Assembly (NCBI GenBank): GCA_964016885.1
Contig: OZ024742.1
Coordinates: forward strand, 209,250,001 to 209,314,000
Direction of reading: 5' to 3'
Origin: Eledone cirrhosa
Taxonomy: Eukaryota
DNA: 64,000 nt
Made by a program: the position numbers and the translations under genes. The notes below the pieces were generated by a model. It saw only the letters and a program-made list of their open reading frames with translations. It ran no database searches and was not told the origin of the DNA. Positions 12,672 to 26,329 of the stretch are shown piece after piece (within the stretch, counting starts at the first letter, position 1; every line of letters starts with the position of its first letter).

Positions 12672-13819
12672 GAGGTGAGTTTTATTGTAGTACAATAAAG
12701 CAATGCAGATATCGGATAAGAAGCACTCTACAGTTTGTGGGACTGGAGTATGCATAATATAAGATCAAAAGATGGTTAAAGGAGTTCCATATATTTTATT
12801 ATGCGCATTTCAAAAACAAACATCATCAAGCAATAATATTTGTGTTTTCATCAGATAAAACAGGAGAACATGATATGAAGGCTAAAAAACACTTGTTGAT
12901 AGTGCAGTTTTAAATCAATATATGAAAAGTGGTTTTAGATTGATGTGTGATATTGGGAAAAATATTTTATTTAGAGAGGGGGGGGGGGGGAGGATGAAAA
13001 GGGAAGGAGATGAGAGGGAGAGATGGGTGATAGAGAGAAAGAGATAGTTTTTATAACTGAGAGGAGATATATTTTTTACATAGAGGGGTTGAAAACCGTT
13101 GGAAGATACTGTATAAATTAAAAATTTTGAAAATTAACGAAGGGAGGATATGTGCGAGGAAAAAATATTTTATTTAGGGGGGGGGGATGAAAAAAAAGGG
13201 GGGAGGAGATGAGAGTGAAGGTGGAGAGGGAGAGATGGGTGTTAGAGAGAAAGAGATAGTTTTTATAACTGAGAAAAAGATATATTGTTTTAATATAGAG
13301 AGGTTGGGAACCGTTGGAAGATAATGTATAAATTAAAGGAATTTGAAAATTAACGAAGGGAAATTATGTATGAAGATAGAGAGAAAAAAATAATAATTGT
13401 GGGTGAATATTCTAACGTCAAAAGAAGAAATGTATGTATTGTGGCAATTTCAAAATTAGCGAAGAGAAAAATTGTTATGGTTTGTGTGTAGAAGGATTTG
13501 AGAAAAATAATGTGAAGTTAAAGTTTGTATATTGAATTGATATGTATTAATAATGAGTTCGTTGATGGGGAGAAAAAAATAATAATAAATTAAGGATGAA
13601 ATTGAGATTAAAAAGATTTATGATAGAGAGAAAAAATAATAATGATTGCGGATGAATATTCAAAAAGTCAAAAACAAATATTATTATTTTACGAGAAGAT
13701 AGAATGAGGGTAATGAGTAAACGAGTATTATAGAGTGTATAATGCCCTTTAAAGTAAGGTAAGGTAGATGGGTATAATACTCGTTTACTCATTACCCTCA
13801 TTCTATCTTCTCGTAAAAT

Positions 13820-13826
<7 letters not shown>
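12672..13826 (-). mobile_element. Solo PLE 3' UTR/pseudo-LTR between TA runs, with internal ~215-bp duplication and terminal fold-back
   Basis: HHR near the 3' end; 12960-13160 resembles 13165-13370; inverted arms 13679-13732 and 13773-13826. Confidence 0.7.
12794..12860 (-). ncRNA. Type I hammerhead ribozyme
   Basis: ttttat CTGATGA aaacacaaata..tgtttgttttt GAAA TGCGCA TA ataaaa; canonical core, palindromic stem III. Confidence 0.82.
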
Positions 13827-14159
<333 letters not shown>

Positions 14160-14160
<1 letters not shown>

Positions 14161-14431
14161 AAATTAGAATTGGTGCTCTGAAATAGCTATATATATATGT
14201 ATGTATATATAGTGTATTTTGCAATACACTGTATGCCTAATTAAAAGCATTTCGAAGACCTTCTGCTATTGTTTTAGAGTAGTGACAGACTCACTTACTC
14301 TAATTTTCGGCAAACAGGTTTGCTGAAAATTAAAGTAGGTGAGTCTGTCACTACTCTAAAACAATAGCAGAAGGTCTTCGAAATGCTTTTAATTAGGCAT
14401 ACAGTGTATTGCAAAATACACTATATATACA

Positions 14432-14436
<5 letters not shown>
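14160..14436. mobile_element. Fold-back (115-bp arms, 2-nt spacer) of the 316-bp HHR repeat family, lacking the ribozyme
   Basis: Arms 14201-14315 and 14318-14432; homologous to 56251-56410. Confidence 0.88.
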
Positions 14437-14484
<48 letters not shown>

Positions 14485-14713
14485 CCTTCTATATCCAACT
14501 ATATCTTTCCCTACCCTATTTATGTCATTTAAAGTACTAATGCGTGTATTTTTATAATTTATATTTATATATATATATATATATAATATAGATGAGATTC
14601 TAATGGACTAAACTTTTACACTCTGCAATGTATTGAGAACCTTACTTACTGTGGTTACCCCCGATTCAATCCGGAATAACGTATATATATACATATATAT
14701 ATATAGACGCATG

Positions 14714-15085
<372 letters not shown>

Positions 15086-15161
15086 GATATATATATATAT
15101 AGAGAGAGAGAGAGAATGAATAATAACAGGTAGACATCATAAAAAGGTAATTTATTCCGTG

Positions 15162-15273
15162 TGCTTACAAGTGTTTCCACGGTGGTACTGCAGCCTAGTT
15201 CCGCTACGTGCAAATTCACAAGTATTTGCAGAACTCGAATATCCAATGCTGTGACCACTGTTTCCTCAGAGCA
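15162..15273 (-). ncRNA. Type I hammerhead with ~85-nt branched stem II (downstream pLTR)
   Basis: tgct CTGAGGA [aacagtggt...accaccgtg] GAAA CACTTG TA agca. Confidence 0.7.
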
Positions 15274-15765
15274 GAATGGTAAATGTACAATGTAAAAACC
15301 CTTAAGTGGGGTTGTTGGGGAAGATAGAGTGGAACAGGAAGAGAGAAAAGTAGGGAAGAGGGAGAGAGAAGGAAAGATATGCAGGGGTTGGAGAAGTAGG
15401 AGAGAGTGGCTTGTAGGTATCTTAATCAAAATGTTATGGTAGGGGTTTTATTGGTTACTTTTGGAGAGATGCGTAGATAGTTGAGGTCGGAATTATTTAT
15501 TGCCCCAGAGGGCAGGTTCATAGATGTTGAGAGGGAGGTAGGTCAAAGGTGAGAGAGAGAGAGTGTAATGGATGTAGAGAGAGATATATAGGTAGAGAGG
15601 GGACAGATAAAGTATGTGTGGTGAGTGAACTTTTGGTTTTGTAGTAGTAATCTAGGAATTGTACTGAGTTACCATGTATAGTGATAAGCAGTGTATTGTC
15701 TTGTAGTGTGGGGGGAAGAGAAGGTTGTTAGCTAGAAAGTGGTGTTGTAGTTGCTGGTTCGAATG

Positions 15766-18077
15766 TTAAGTTATTTTATAGTGAGAGAATTTAGCTTTTA
15801 GTTTGTGGTTGCAGTATAATGATCGTTCAATTCTATCGTTAAGTAGTTTGTTTTGGGATTTTAGTATGTAAAATAGCTCAAGGTTACATAACCTGCAGTA
15901 CTTCAATCCACTCCGATATGCATTTGCGCTGGAAAGTATATCCCATTTTAAGGTGAACTGTTGGTTGTGTTCACGAGCGTGGTCACAAAACGGTGATTCG
16001 GATGTTTGATTGAGAATCGATGACGGTACCAGCGAGATTTAAACGATGTGGTGGTAGATCCGATATAATACCATTTCTGGTCGTTCGATTCAACCGTGCA
16101 TTGGTAAACAATGTTGGACTTTAGGCATTCATTCTGCAATGGACATCTTTCAGGTAGATGGCAGTTGCATTCTTTGTTGTGGGTAGCGGGTATACCATGG
16201 ATAGGTTGTGATAGCGGTACAGGTGGGTTGTGCAATACCCGTCTCCCATTTAGTGGTTGGGAGGCAGATATTGCGTTCTGCCCATCTGTTACTAAAATGT
16301 TTTGTTTTGTAGAGTTGTTTAATTGCCTTAAGTTAAGTTTTTTTATGTATGCTTCAAGGTTTGGTGCCGTGGAGTATGATAGTCTAATAGTTTTAGAGTT
16401 CAGAATTTTGCTGTACTTATGGGAACTAGGGAAGTGTTTATTGATTAATTTAAAGAATGAAAGAGATAGTTTTGTACTAATCGAGGCATTAAAAATAGGA
16501 TTGTACCAGATATACTTTCTACAACGTGATTTATTTGGTGGTGATCTTCTATTATTAGTATGTCTGGTAGTACCGTGTGTGTGTGCTTGTGTTTTAGTCC
16601 CCCGGTTACGTATACCTTGATTACGTGTAGAGCTATGTGTGTTGTGGAAATTCCTATCGATGTATTCTATTGTATCACGGTGGTCAGCATTCCTTAATGC
16701 ATTATTGTAGTATTCAGCATGTTCACTAAAAATATCAGAGTTAGACGATAGGCGAGAGATTCTAAGAGAAATACTCCGGGGAACTGATTTGATCATGGAG
16801 AGTGGGTGGTTAGAGTTAAAGTTAATATACGTAAGGTTCTCATTTACCTTGTGGAAGGGTCGTATCTGTCCGGTATTTAAATTAAGAGTTACGTCCAGAA
16901 AGTTTACTACTTTAAGATTGTATTCGTATGTTATTTTTAGACCCAGTTCACTAAAAGATTTTGTAATATTTTTCCGTAGACTTTCAAGATTTTGGTTATT
17001 CAAGTTATTAACTAATAAGAGCCCGTCATCTCTATATTTCCCCCCCCCCCCCTGTAGATTACTAAATCTTCTATGTAATATGTGGGCTATGTAAATTCCC
17101 ACGAGATCCGTGACCTCCGCCGAGTCGTTGGAACCTATGGTAATATCGAAATTTGTGGGTCTGTCCTTACGTTCCCAGTAGCAGTTATCGAACTTAATAA
17201 TGGTTTTTCTAGCCTCGAGAATAATATTAATTTCGTCCTCCGTTAGGTCGGAATTGGCATTAGCAAACGATAGGGCCTTACGTAAAGTGCTTGGTGAGAT
17301 GGAAGAGTAGTATTCGTCTATGTCAAATTGTATAAACTTAGATTTATTCTTATTCTTAACATTATTAAACCAGCGAATTGCTTCGCTAGTGTTGCCCCAT
17401 AATTTAATTTCAATTTTCTTTTTCACTTGAGTTATTACTCTGTCAAGTATATGTTTACTAATTTCCCCTATGTCTGATTTAGAAGGGCATATAAGTCTAA
17501 TCTTAGGGTTAGAGTCAAAATTTACCTTATGGTCCTTCAGGTTGAAGGTGGGGGTAGCGGGTATAATCGGCTCGGTTCTATCGTCTATCTTGAGATTCTT
17601 TACCACTTTATATGCCTCGTTGTTAATATTTGCTAGCGTAGTTTCATTTGTTTTTCTATATTTGTTGTGTAGTTCGTTGCGTATGAAGTTATTGTACGTA
17701 TCGATATCCATGGTATACACGTTAGAAGTCTTGTCAGCTTTCACAACAATTCCATTGGTATTTTGCAATCTTCGGAGTAGTGCTTTCATGTTGTTCTGCA
17801 GCTCATTATTTCTATGTTTGTTGAACTTAATGTTCATGGTAGTTTTCAATAAATCCTGTTCGAAAGCTTCGAGGTGAGGGTTTGTAGGTGGGTTTTTACA
17901 TGATTTAAAACCATATGATTCAGACGAGTGACTGGCGCGTCCTTTATCGAAGTGGAAAGCTTTCCATCGTACACGCCGAATGAAGTCGTTACTGCGTTGA
18001 ATCATACTGAGAATATATTCCCTTTTGTTAGGTATAGGTATGTTTTTAAGTGACATACCTATATGATGCCTTTCCAT
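15766..18077 (-). CDS. PLE reverse transcriptase-GIY-YIG endonuclease, frameshifted near the C-terminus
   Basis: 709-aa ORF with QFDIDEYY, ITIGSNDS, KYRDDG, VNFLDV, CNC..CPL..CL..IVY..YYIGST; continues in another frame as LKWDILSS...YCRLCNLE...YCNH to the stop at 15766. Confidence 0.93.
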
Positions 18078-18310
18078 ATTAATGCCGTGTGTCGGTGTGG
18101 TTGCTCAACTGTGTAGGAGGCGATTATTAGGTATAGGATTATCCAAGATGTAGTAATGGTTGGATATGGTTGACGTACGGTAAGAGGTTACTCTACGAGT
18201 TATGGAAGAATTGTTCAAGAAACTTAGTTCCTGATCCTTCAGTATTCCGGAGTGTATATAAAGAATGAATAATAACAGGTAGACATCATAAAAAGGTAAT
18301 TTATTCCGTG

Positions 18311-18422
18311 TGCTTACAAGTGTTTCCACGGTGGTACTGCAGCCTAGTTCCGCTACGTGCAAATTCACAAGTATTTGCAGAACTCGAATATCCAATGCTG
18401 TGACCACTGTTTCCTCAGAGCA
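18311..18422 (-). ncRNA. Type I hammerhead with ~85-nt stem II (upstream pLTR)
   Basis: Identical to 15162-15273, offset 3149 bp. Confidence 0.7.
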
Positions 18423-19112
18423 GAATGGTAAATGTACAATGTAAAAACCCTTAAGTGGGGTTGTTGGGGAAGATAGAGTGGAACAGGAAGAGAGAAAAGT
18501 AGGGAAGAGGGAGAGAGAAGGAAAGATATGCAGGGGTTGGAGAAGTAGGAGAGAGTGGCTTGTAGGTATCTTAATCAAAATGTTATGGTAGGGGTTTTAT
18601 TGGTTACTTTTGGAGAGATGCGTAGATAGTTGAGGTCGGAATTATTTATTGCTCCAGAGGGCAGGTTCATAGATGTTGAGAGGGAGGTAGGTCAAAGGTG
18701 AGAGAGAGAGAGTGTAATGGATGTAGAGAGAGATATATAGGTAGAGAGGGGACAGATAAAGTATGTGTGGTGAGTGAACTTTTGGTTTTGTAGTAGTAAT
18801 CTAGGAATTGTACTGAGTTACCATGTATAGTGATAAGCAGTGTATTGTCTTGTAGTGTGGGGGGAAGAGAAGGTTATTAGCTAGAAAGTGGTGTTGTAGT
18901 TACTGGTTCGAATGTTAAGTTATTTTATAGTGAGAGAATTTAGCTTTTAGTTTGTGGTCGCAGTATAATGATCGTTCAATTCTATCGTTAAGTAGTTTGT
19001 TTTTGGATTTTAGTATGTAAAATAGCATTCTTTAAGGGTATGTCAATAATATCTAAAATTGCATTCTTTAAGGGTATGTCAATATTTATTTATAAAATAG
19101 CTCTATATTAAA

Positions 19113-19173
19113 TTTTATCTGATGAAAGCACACCATAATTTAACTTGGTGTCCTTGAAATATGTATAATGAAA
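19113..19173 (+). ncRNA. Type I hammerhead ribozyme
   Basis: ttttat CTGATGA aagcacacc..ggtgtcctt GAAA tatgta TA atgaaa. Confidence 0.78.
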
Positions 19174-19239
19174 TAAATATGGTTTTAGAAATATAGTTTC
19201 CATTTGTTAATATCGTATATATATATATATATATATATA

Positions 19240-22200
19240 CGATATTAACAAATGGAAACTATATTTCTAAAACCATATTTATTTCATTATACATATTTCA
19301 AGGACACCAAGTTAAATTATGGTGTGCTTTCATCAGATAAAATTTAATATAGAGCTATTTTATAAATAAATATTGACATACCCTTAAAGAATGCAACCAT
19401 TACTGTTGGAAGCTCCCGGATAGTGGAGTTTTATCTTTAATTATACTATTAGGTAAGTTAGTATTGGATATTTTTAAATAAGCCGTTGGGTTACGGAGAA
19501 AGAGAAAGAGAGAGAGAGAGAGAAGAACAAGAGAGAGAAAAAAGAAAGAGAAAAAAGAAAAGAGAGAGAGGGAGGAGAAAGAGAAAGGAGAGAGAGCGAA
19601 ACTCTAACTGGTAGGTTGTTGAGTTATCTTAACATTTGAGATGAAGTGAAAGAGTAAATAAAATTAGAAATGTAAATAATCATGAATGGAAGATACATAT
19701 ATAATATGAGAATTTTAACCATTGTTTGAATATGATTAAATATTTAGTTAATCAATTAATATATTGAGATCCATACATTAAAAATTGAGATCTATATATT
19801 AAGAAATCTATATATTATTAGAAGAATATATTCACACATATACACACGCAAATATACATATGAATATATATACACACGTATAAGCATATATACATATCTA
19901 TCTACATATATAATATATACATACAAAATATAAAGGATTTTTAATTTAAGATATAGGAATCTTATAAAATCAGAGAAAATCATTTCTATGTAATATCAAA
20001 GCAGCGTGAAGTAAAATTACGTTAATTAGTTATATAAATGTTACAATTGTTAAGATATTAAAGGAAATTTTATGTTATACACACTTTATGTTATTATACA
20101 ATTTTTTTTTTATATAAGTTTTATATTTAATAAGATTACCTGTTATGTAGTTATGACTGTTATTATATAAGTTTATTTGTCACGAACCTTAGGATAATCC
20201 TTATAAATAAGTGCAATCAAATTGTATGCATATACACATATATATATACACAATTCCCACATATACATACATAGACTTACCCACACAAATAGGTAGATAT
20301 GCATCACATATATATATATAGGATACACATACACACATAAATATATGTGCATGTATATCAATACATATATATATATATATACACACATATAGATTGAAGT
20401 ACATAAAATACAAAAGAATTATATTACGATTTGGAAGTATAATTATAAGCAATATAACTTTTAAAATATTATAGAATATTTCAAGTTATAATTTTAAAAT
20501 AATAATATGTTTAATAAATTTAGTATAAAATTTTCTACGTATATTTAACTTAATTTTATATCCATAAGAGAAAGAAAAAGAAACTTTCAAAAGAGAAACT
20601 TTCGAAAATAGGAGGAACTATCAAAAAATATATTTTCCCCTTTTAAGAGCTTTCAGTATATTTCTCTAGAAGAGTTTATTATATTTATTTATATTTAGGA
20701 AGAAAAGTTTTTTTTTACTTGAGTGTATAAGCAGTCAAAAATGAAGGAATCTAATGATTTATCGATAGGTTCAATATATTAATAGAATTAATTAATTAAT
20801 TATATATTACATTTTAAATTTATATTTAAACGTTGAGTTCAATCTATGTCTACAGCAACTAAATAAATTGTTCCTCGGGTTCAGGGAATTTTTGGTCTTT
20901 AATATAAAGAATATTTCCTCTATACAAATATAACAATTTTCTGAAGAGGAGTTAAAAGGAGTAGCTTATGAAATAATATTCCAAATCAACGAATATTCAA
21001 CGTTCTTTAGTTTAAGATCCCATAATAAGCTAGATAGAGAAGTTGAAGATTTTTTGTTTGGATTCGTAAAAGAATTTTTATGATTATTGAAACGGGATTT
21101 AAACGAATTTAAACGAATTTAAATGAATTTAAATTAGTTTTTACATTACAATTATATACTATATTTTTAGCTAAGCAATTGTTATTTAACGGACAGTTAG
21201 ATTTATTTCTACAGTTACATTTATCAAATTGGATATTGCTTGGGTTATTAGTGGTATTTTGGTTAGGTTTTATATTTCTATTATTAATTCTATTAATATT
21301 TTGCGCTAAATTTTTGGTGGAAGAATAAGTTAATTTTATAGTATGTCTATTAAAAATTGAGTAATATTTCTAGGGAAGCATTTGTCATGAGATTTAAAAA
21401 ATAGTTTAGCAATATGGGTTTTAATATTTAATTAGAAAGGAGGAGCGAACCATAATATATTCCTAGTTCTATTTCTTTTTTTGATTTAGGAATTATTGTA
21501 AGGTTTTCTATTATAATTGTTAAAATTGTTAAAATAGTTAAAATTGTTAAGATTATGGTTAGTTGTTATATTATTATTATCAATGTATTTAATTTTATTT
21601 CTATACCCAGCTCTACCTAACGCTTCGTTGTAATAATGTGCTTTTTCATCAAATATATTCTTATTAGCTGAAATTCTCGAAATTCGTTGCTCTACATAGT
21701 TCACTATAGTATTTTTATTTTTAACGGATCTGGGGTGATTAGAGTTAAAATTGACGTAGTTTAAGTTCTCATTTAGTTTGTGAAATGGATAATGAAGACA
21801 TGTGTTAAGGTTTAGTGTTACATCTAGAAAGTTAACTATTTTATGATTAATCTCTATTTCTACTTTTAGATTAAGGTAATTAAAAAATTCTATAATTTGT
21901 TTTCTTTTTCTATTTAGTTCACAGTTATTATTTTCTATAAGTAAAAGCATGTCGTCACGATATAAACCTCCGGTTATCTCAGGTATTTTCCTATGTAGAG
22001 AATTATTTATAAAGAGGCCCACAAAATCCGTTACCTCAGCGGAATCGGATGATCCCATAGTTATATCAAAGTTATTATTTCTATCTGCCCTAGTCCAGAG
22101 TTGGTTATTAAATTCTATTAATGTTTTCCGTGCCGATAATATAATCTGCATTTCATTGCTAGTTAAGTCTGTATGTTTAAATGCGTAAGTTAGTGCTTTA

Positions 22201-22550
22201 TTCAATAGATTAGGAGTGATAGATGAGTAATAGTTAGCAATATCCAACTGAATAAACTTATTATTATAGTTATATTAAATTTCCTTAAACCAATCGATAA
22301 CTTGGTTGCATTCTTTAAGGGTATGTCAATATTTATTTATTTATAAAACTGCTCTATATTATATTTTATCTGATAAAAGCACACCATAATTTAACTTGGT
22401 GTCCTTGAAATATGTATAATGAAATAAATATGGTTTTATAAATATAGTTTCCATTTGTTAATATCGTATTTTTACTCCAATTATTTGTTGAGTGCTTTCT
22501 ATCAGTTATAAAAATATTTGCTTGTTGTATCCCAACAATTTAAATAGAAC
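19240..22550 (-). mobile_element. 5'-truncated PLE with long AT-rich 3' UTR and inverted upstream pLTR (22303-22550)
   Basis: ORF 21486-22247 (GGLYRDD, VNFLDV); downstream CNCRNKSNCPLNNNCLAKNIVY and damaged GIY-YIG; inverted terminal copy whose HHR at 22364-22424 is mutated to CTGATAA. Confidence 0.93.
19282..19342 (-). ncRNA. Type I hammerhead ribozyme (3' end of PLE 19240-22302)
   Basis: Exact inverted copy of 19113-19173. Confidence 0.78.
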
Positions 22551-22553
22551 TTT

Positions 22554-22587
<34 letters not shown>

Positions 22588-22627
22588 AGTAAGTAAGTTA
22601 ATTTTATAATTTTCTTATCTTACGTCT

Positions 22628-22674
<47 letters not shown>

Positions 22675-23020
22675 TAGCAGTGTGTGTGTGAGTGCGCACG
22701 TGGACGTGTGAACTACCAAAGCCAGTAGTAATTCATCAAAGTGTGGCAGAAAGAAAAGCTGATGGTCAGTGGAATTCACACCTGTTGGTCAGATTTACGA
22801 TGACGTAGAAAAACAGCAGCCAATAACAGGACGCGCGAGGTGTTTTTGACGCTAACACCCCAGTGAGAGAATTTGCTCCAAAATCATTAGACGTATCCGT
22901 CGAACCTGCAGTTCCAGAATCAGACAGATCCACACAATGATCGTGCCTCGAGCTGTCCACAGGCGAAACAATTGTAACACACAATAGATTGAGTTCAGAT
23001 GCATCACTGATTTTTCGTTT

Positions 23021-23072
<52 letters not shown>

Positions 23073-23355
23073 CAATACATATCTATATCATTATATGAAA
23101 TGCTATCAAATATAACTTTGCCTACTACGAACTTTCTAGATACATAGGTGACTGTTAATGTCTCAGGAGGCTGTTCTCGTCGTTCATTTCTTGAAGCCTG
23201 GCTGAAATGAAGCAAACCTATTTACTTCCCTAAATAGAAACAGCTAAGTAGATGAATCATTGATTAGGAATGTTTTCGGAATTTAGTTTTATATCGCGAA
23301 CTGATATCGCAAACAATTTATGATTGAAAGGACAACTGAACACTCATTAATTACT

Positions 23356-23541
23356 TGGCAGTATCGGTAGAGGGTCGGACGCCATGCTTTCTAGCATAGT
23401 TACGTCCCTTTAGGGTTTGATTTCAAATCCCGTCGAGATTAACTTTGCCTTTCATCCTTACAGGGGTCAATAAAATAAAGTACCAATAATGTACTGGGTA
23501 ATTGCTGGCCTTGTGACAAAAGTAGAAACAATTAATTACTA
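23356..23541 (+). mobile_element. SINE family A
   Basis: Multi-copy identity within the window. Confidence 0.88.
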
Positions 23542-25559
23542 TTAGGCTCCAGTGACAGCAAGTATATAATCATCATATAGATTGTTTTATCTGTAACAAT
23601 CTATACTCATCTCACGGGAACATGAATATGTTTTAGGTCAAATTTCGTAATATGTCGATTTAGGGATATCGAAATATCTAACAGAAACATTTGTTAGTAG
23701 CACTCTTGGGGACTATGAAAATTAAGAAGCCGTCAAAGAATGGCTGCAAGTCAGCAATATATATACGGAAAGAATAAAAGGATTATAGCAACAAGGTTCG
23801 AACCAGCTATTTCACTTTCAATTGCCGAATGATTTATTAACAAAACATGAATTAAATTATGTATTCAATCTGAAAACCCATAGCAGTGTGTTAAAATAAT
23901 ACAATATATTTATTGAGTAAATTTAGAGTGCGTATAAAACTCTCTTCTGGAACAGTGAATGTTACCATTTTTCTAGAATATTCTTTATTATGTTTTCGTA
24001 TATTGGTTGAACAAACAACTTCTAAACGACTCCGGACTATTTCAATAACTACATTTTACATCCTAAACGTGAGGTCATATATATTCGCAACATTTCTCTC
24101 GAGAAAACTAGAAAGACAAAAATAAAAAGAAAAGGATTTAAAGAGAATCTCACATGATTCACTGTAACCACTGCTTATCATATCAATATTTGGTGTAAGT
24201 CGTGTGTATTAATTATTTACTTCTGCTAATATTACATAGCTTTTTTCATTCGTTGCATAAATATAATGATGTATAAAATGGAGAAATAAAGCCATATTTT
24301 CAGAGCGATTAAGTTAGTTTATTATTTCATAGGAGATTCTTTTCTACTTGGAGTATGCCATTTCACTAAACTGTAATCATGTACAAGGTTTTGCCCGAGT
24401 TAATACAGCTTAATGCAGTGTTTCATTGAAATATGCACGCTTTGCTATCCCACATGACAAGCATAGGATGACGCAAGCGTTTGTTTCCTTTTTCTTCTTT
24501 ATAATTGTGTGATTCATAGTAGGAATTGAGGAAATAATACTAAACTGAGATCTTTTATTTCAATAGGATGTACAATTACGTTTGTTTGAGCTGAGAATAT
24601 TTATTTCCATATGACTTTTAAGCATTGGTATGGCTCACGAACGGTAATGTTTTGGTTAGCTCTTGCAACAAATCATCGTTGGTTTGGTTACAATTAAGCA
24701 CATAACAGCACACTACATTCATAATCCTTTAAAACAGTTCAGGTTTATTCGCAAGATCAATCTGATTTATAAACAATACTAACGGAAACTGTAATCTCAT
24801 ATAAATATTCAAACACAAAGTTATAATGATATTGTATTCAATGCTCAACGTTCCGACGAGAATTTATCGAATAAATACATAAATGCAAATTGCACTTTTC
24901 TGGATATCACAAATTAACAAAAACGTATTATTCAGACCTATATGGATATTAAGAAAACTCTACAAATAGAGAACAATATATAAACGTTAGCCGATAAACA
25001 ATATAAATAGTAATATAATGGATAGATTATTTAGGAAATAATAGAATTATTTATAGATATAAAACTTTAGATATTCATAGGACTGCAGATGAGAATTTGT
25101 GATATTCATGTTTTCTTTAATGATTTTATGTGACGTAATTGTATAGTTTAATGCCAACAATCAGAATTAAAATTGGATGTAATTCATTTTTCATACGAGA
25201 TATCAATTCAACGAGATTGGCAATAGTAACAAAAATGCTTTCTAGTATTGGCATAACAAAACAGAATTGTGAATTAAACTTAATATGGCTGGTATGAAAT
25301 TGTCGAGAAAGATCTTTGTAATTCTGCAGTTTCCTCCCGTAAATCATCTTCTATAATTAAGGCATACGTTTGTACAAAACTTCATATTTGTAGGGAAGGG
25401 GCATAGGCAATTGAGCCAAGCGATCCACCTACATGCTGAACATTTATTTTCGCTAAAGATGAAAGATAAATAGGACGTTAATCGCGATGAGATTTGAGAT
25501 CGGTAAGTTGTTGAAAGAAACTATGCCTTATACTTTGTTTGCAATCTCAGCATTAATCT

Positions 25560-25710
25560 AATAATTGTTTCTACTTTAGGCACAAGGCCAGCAATTACCC
25601 AGTGCATTACTGGTACTTTATTTTATCGACCCCGTAAGGATGAAAGGCAAAGTCAACCTCGGCGGGATTTGAACTCAGATCGTAAAGAGACGTAACTATG
25701 CTGGAAAGCA
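25560..25710 (-). mobile_element. SINE family A (5'-truncated)
   Basis: Multi-copy identity within the window. Confidence 0.88.
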
Positions 25711-26329
25711 ATGTAATGATTATGCATATAGATGGAGGAATGGTAGGAAATAGGGAAATTTCGGTGGGAAGGATGATAGTGTCGGTATGAAGTAGAAGAA
25801 AGAGAGAAAAAGAAGACGTTTGAAGGAAAACAGAAGCACCAGTGTTATGAGACAGAATTTACTAGATTGCTGATGAGATGGGGAGGTAGTAACGCTATGT
25901 CACAAAAGAAAGAGAATACCATTTACTTGTGTTGATGGAAGAGGTAACATTAACATTATGAGGCACATTTGCAACTAAATATCAAATTAGCAAATATAAA
26001 ACAAATCATGATGGAACAATCACATAATTTACCATACCGCGTCGCTCGTCGCGAAGGTCAACAAGAAGCGCCTGATAGAAAACCAGTTGAGAGTCGAAAA
26101 ATTAGTTACTGGATCACTACTGAAATGGAAGAAACTTATATATATAAAAAAAAATTGTTTAAGGACCCTAAATAACACTAGGAGAATAAATGAATGTATA
26201 GCACTCTCAAAACCTTACAAGAAGGAAGTTCCGTGTGTGTAAGAACATCGTTATTAACACATTGATTTCATAATCAAATATTATGATTTAAGGAAAGGCT
26301 GGAAATTTGTGTTTAATTCAAATCAATTT

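Larger units (their letters stand above)
15113..19026 (-). mobile_element. Near full-length Penelope-like element with tandem direct pseudo-LTRs
   Basis: Near-identical ~765-bp direct repeats 15113-15877 and 18262-19026 flank an RT/GIY-YIG ORF; each repeat holds an HHR. Confidence 0.96.
19059..19396. repeat. Perfect palindrome centred on (TA)n: tail-to-tail PLE termini
   Basis: 19059-19215 is the reverse complement of 19240-19396. Confidence 0.95.

Noticed and set aside
22674-23030. Second Helitron (ACTAG start, TA-rich end)
   Set aside because: No subterminal hairpin or helicase remnant; insufficient support
25126-25347. Minus-strand ORF as an exon (likewise 8597-8782 and 35972-36257)
   Set aside because: No recognisable homology or convincing pair of splice sites
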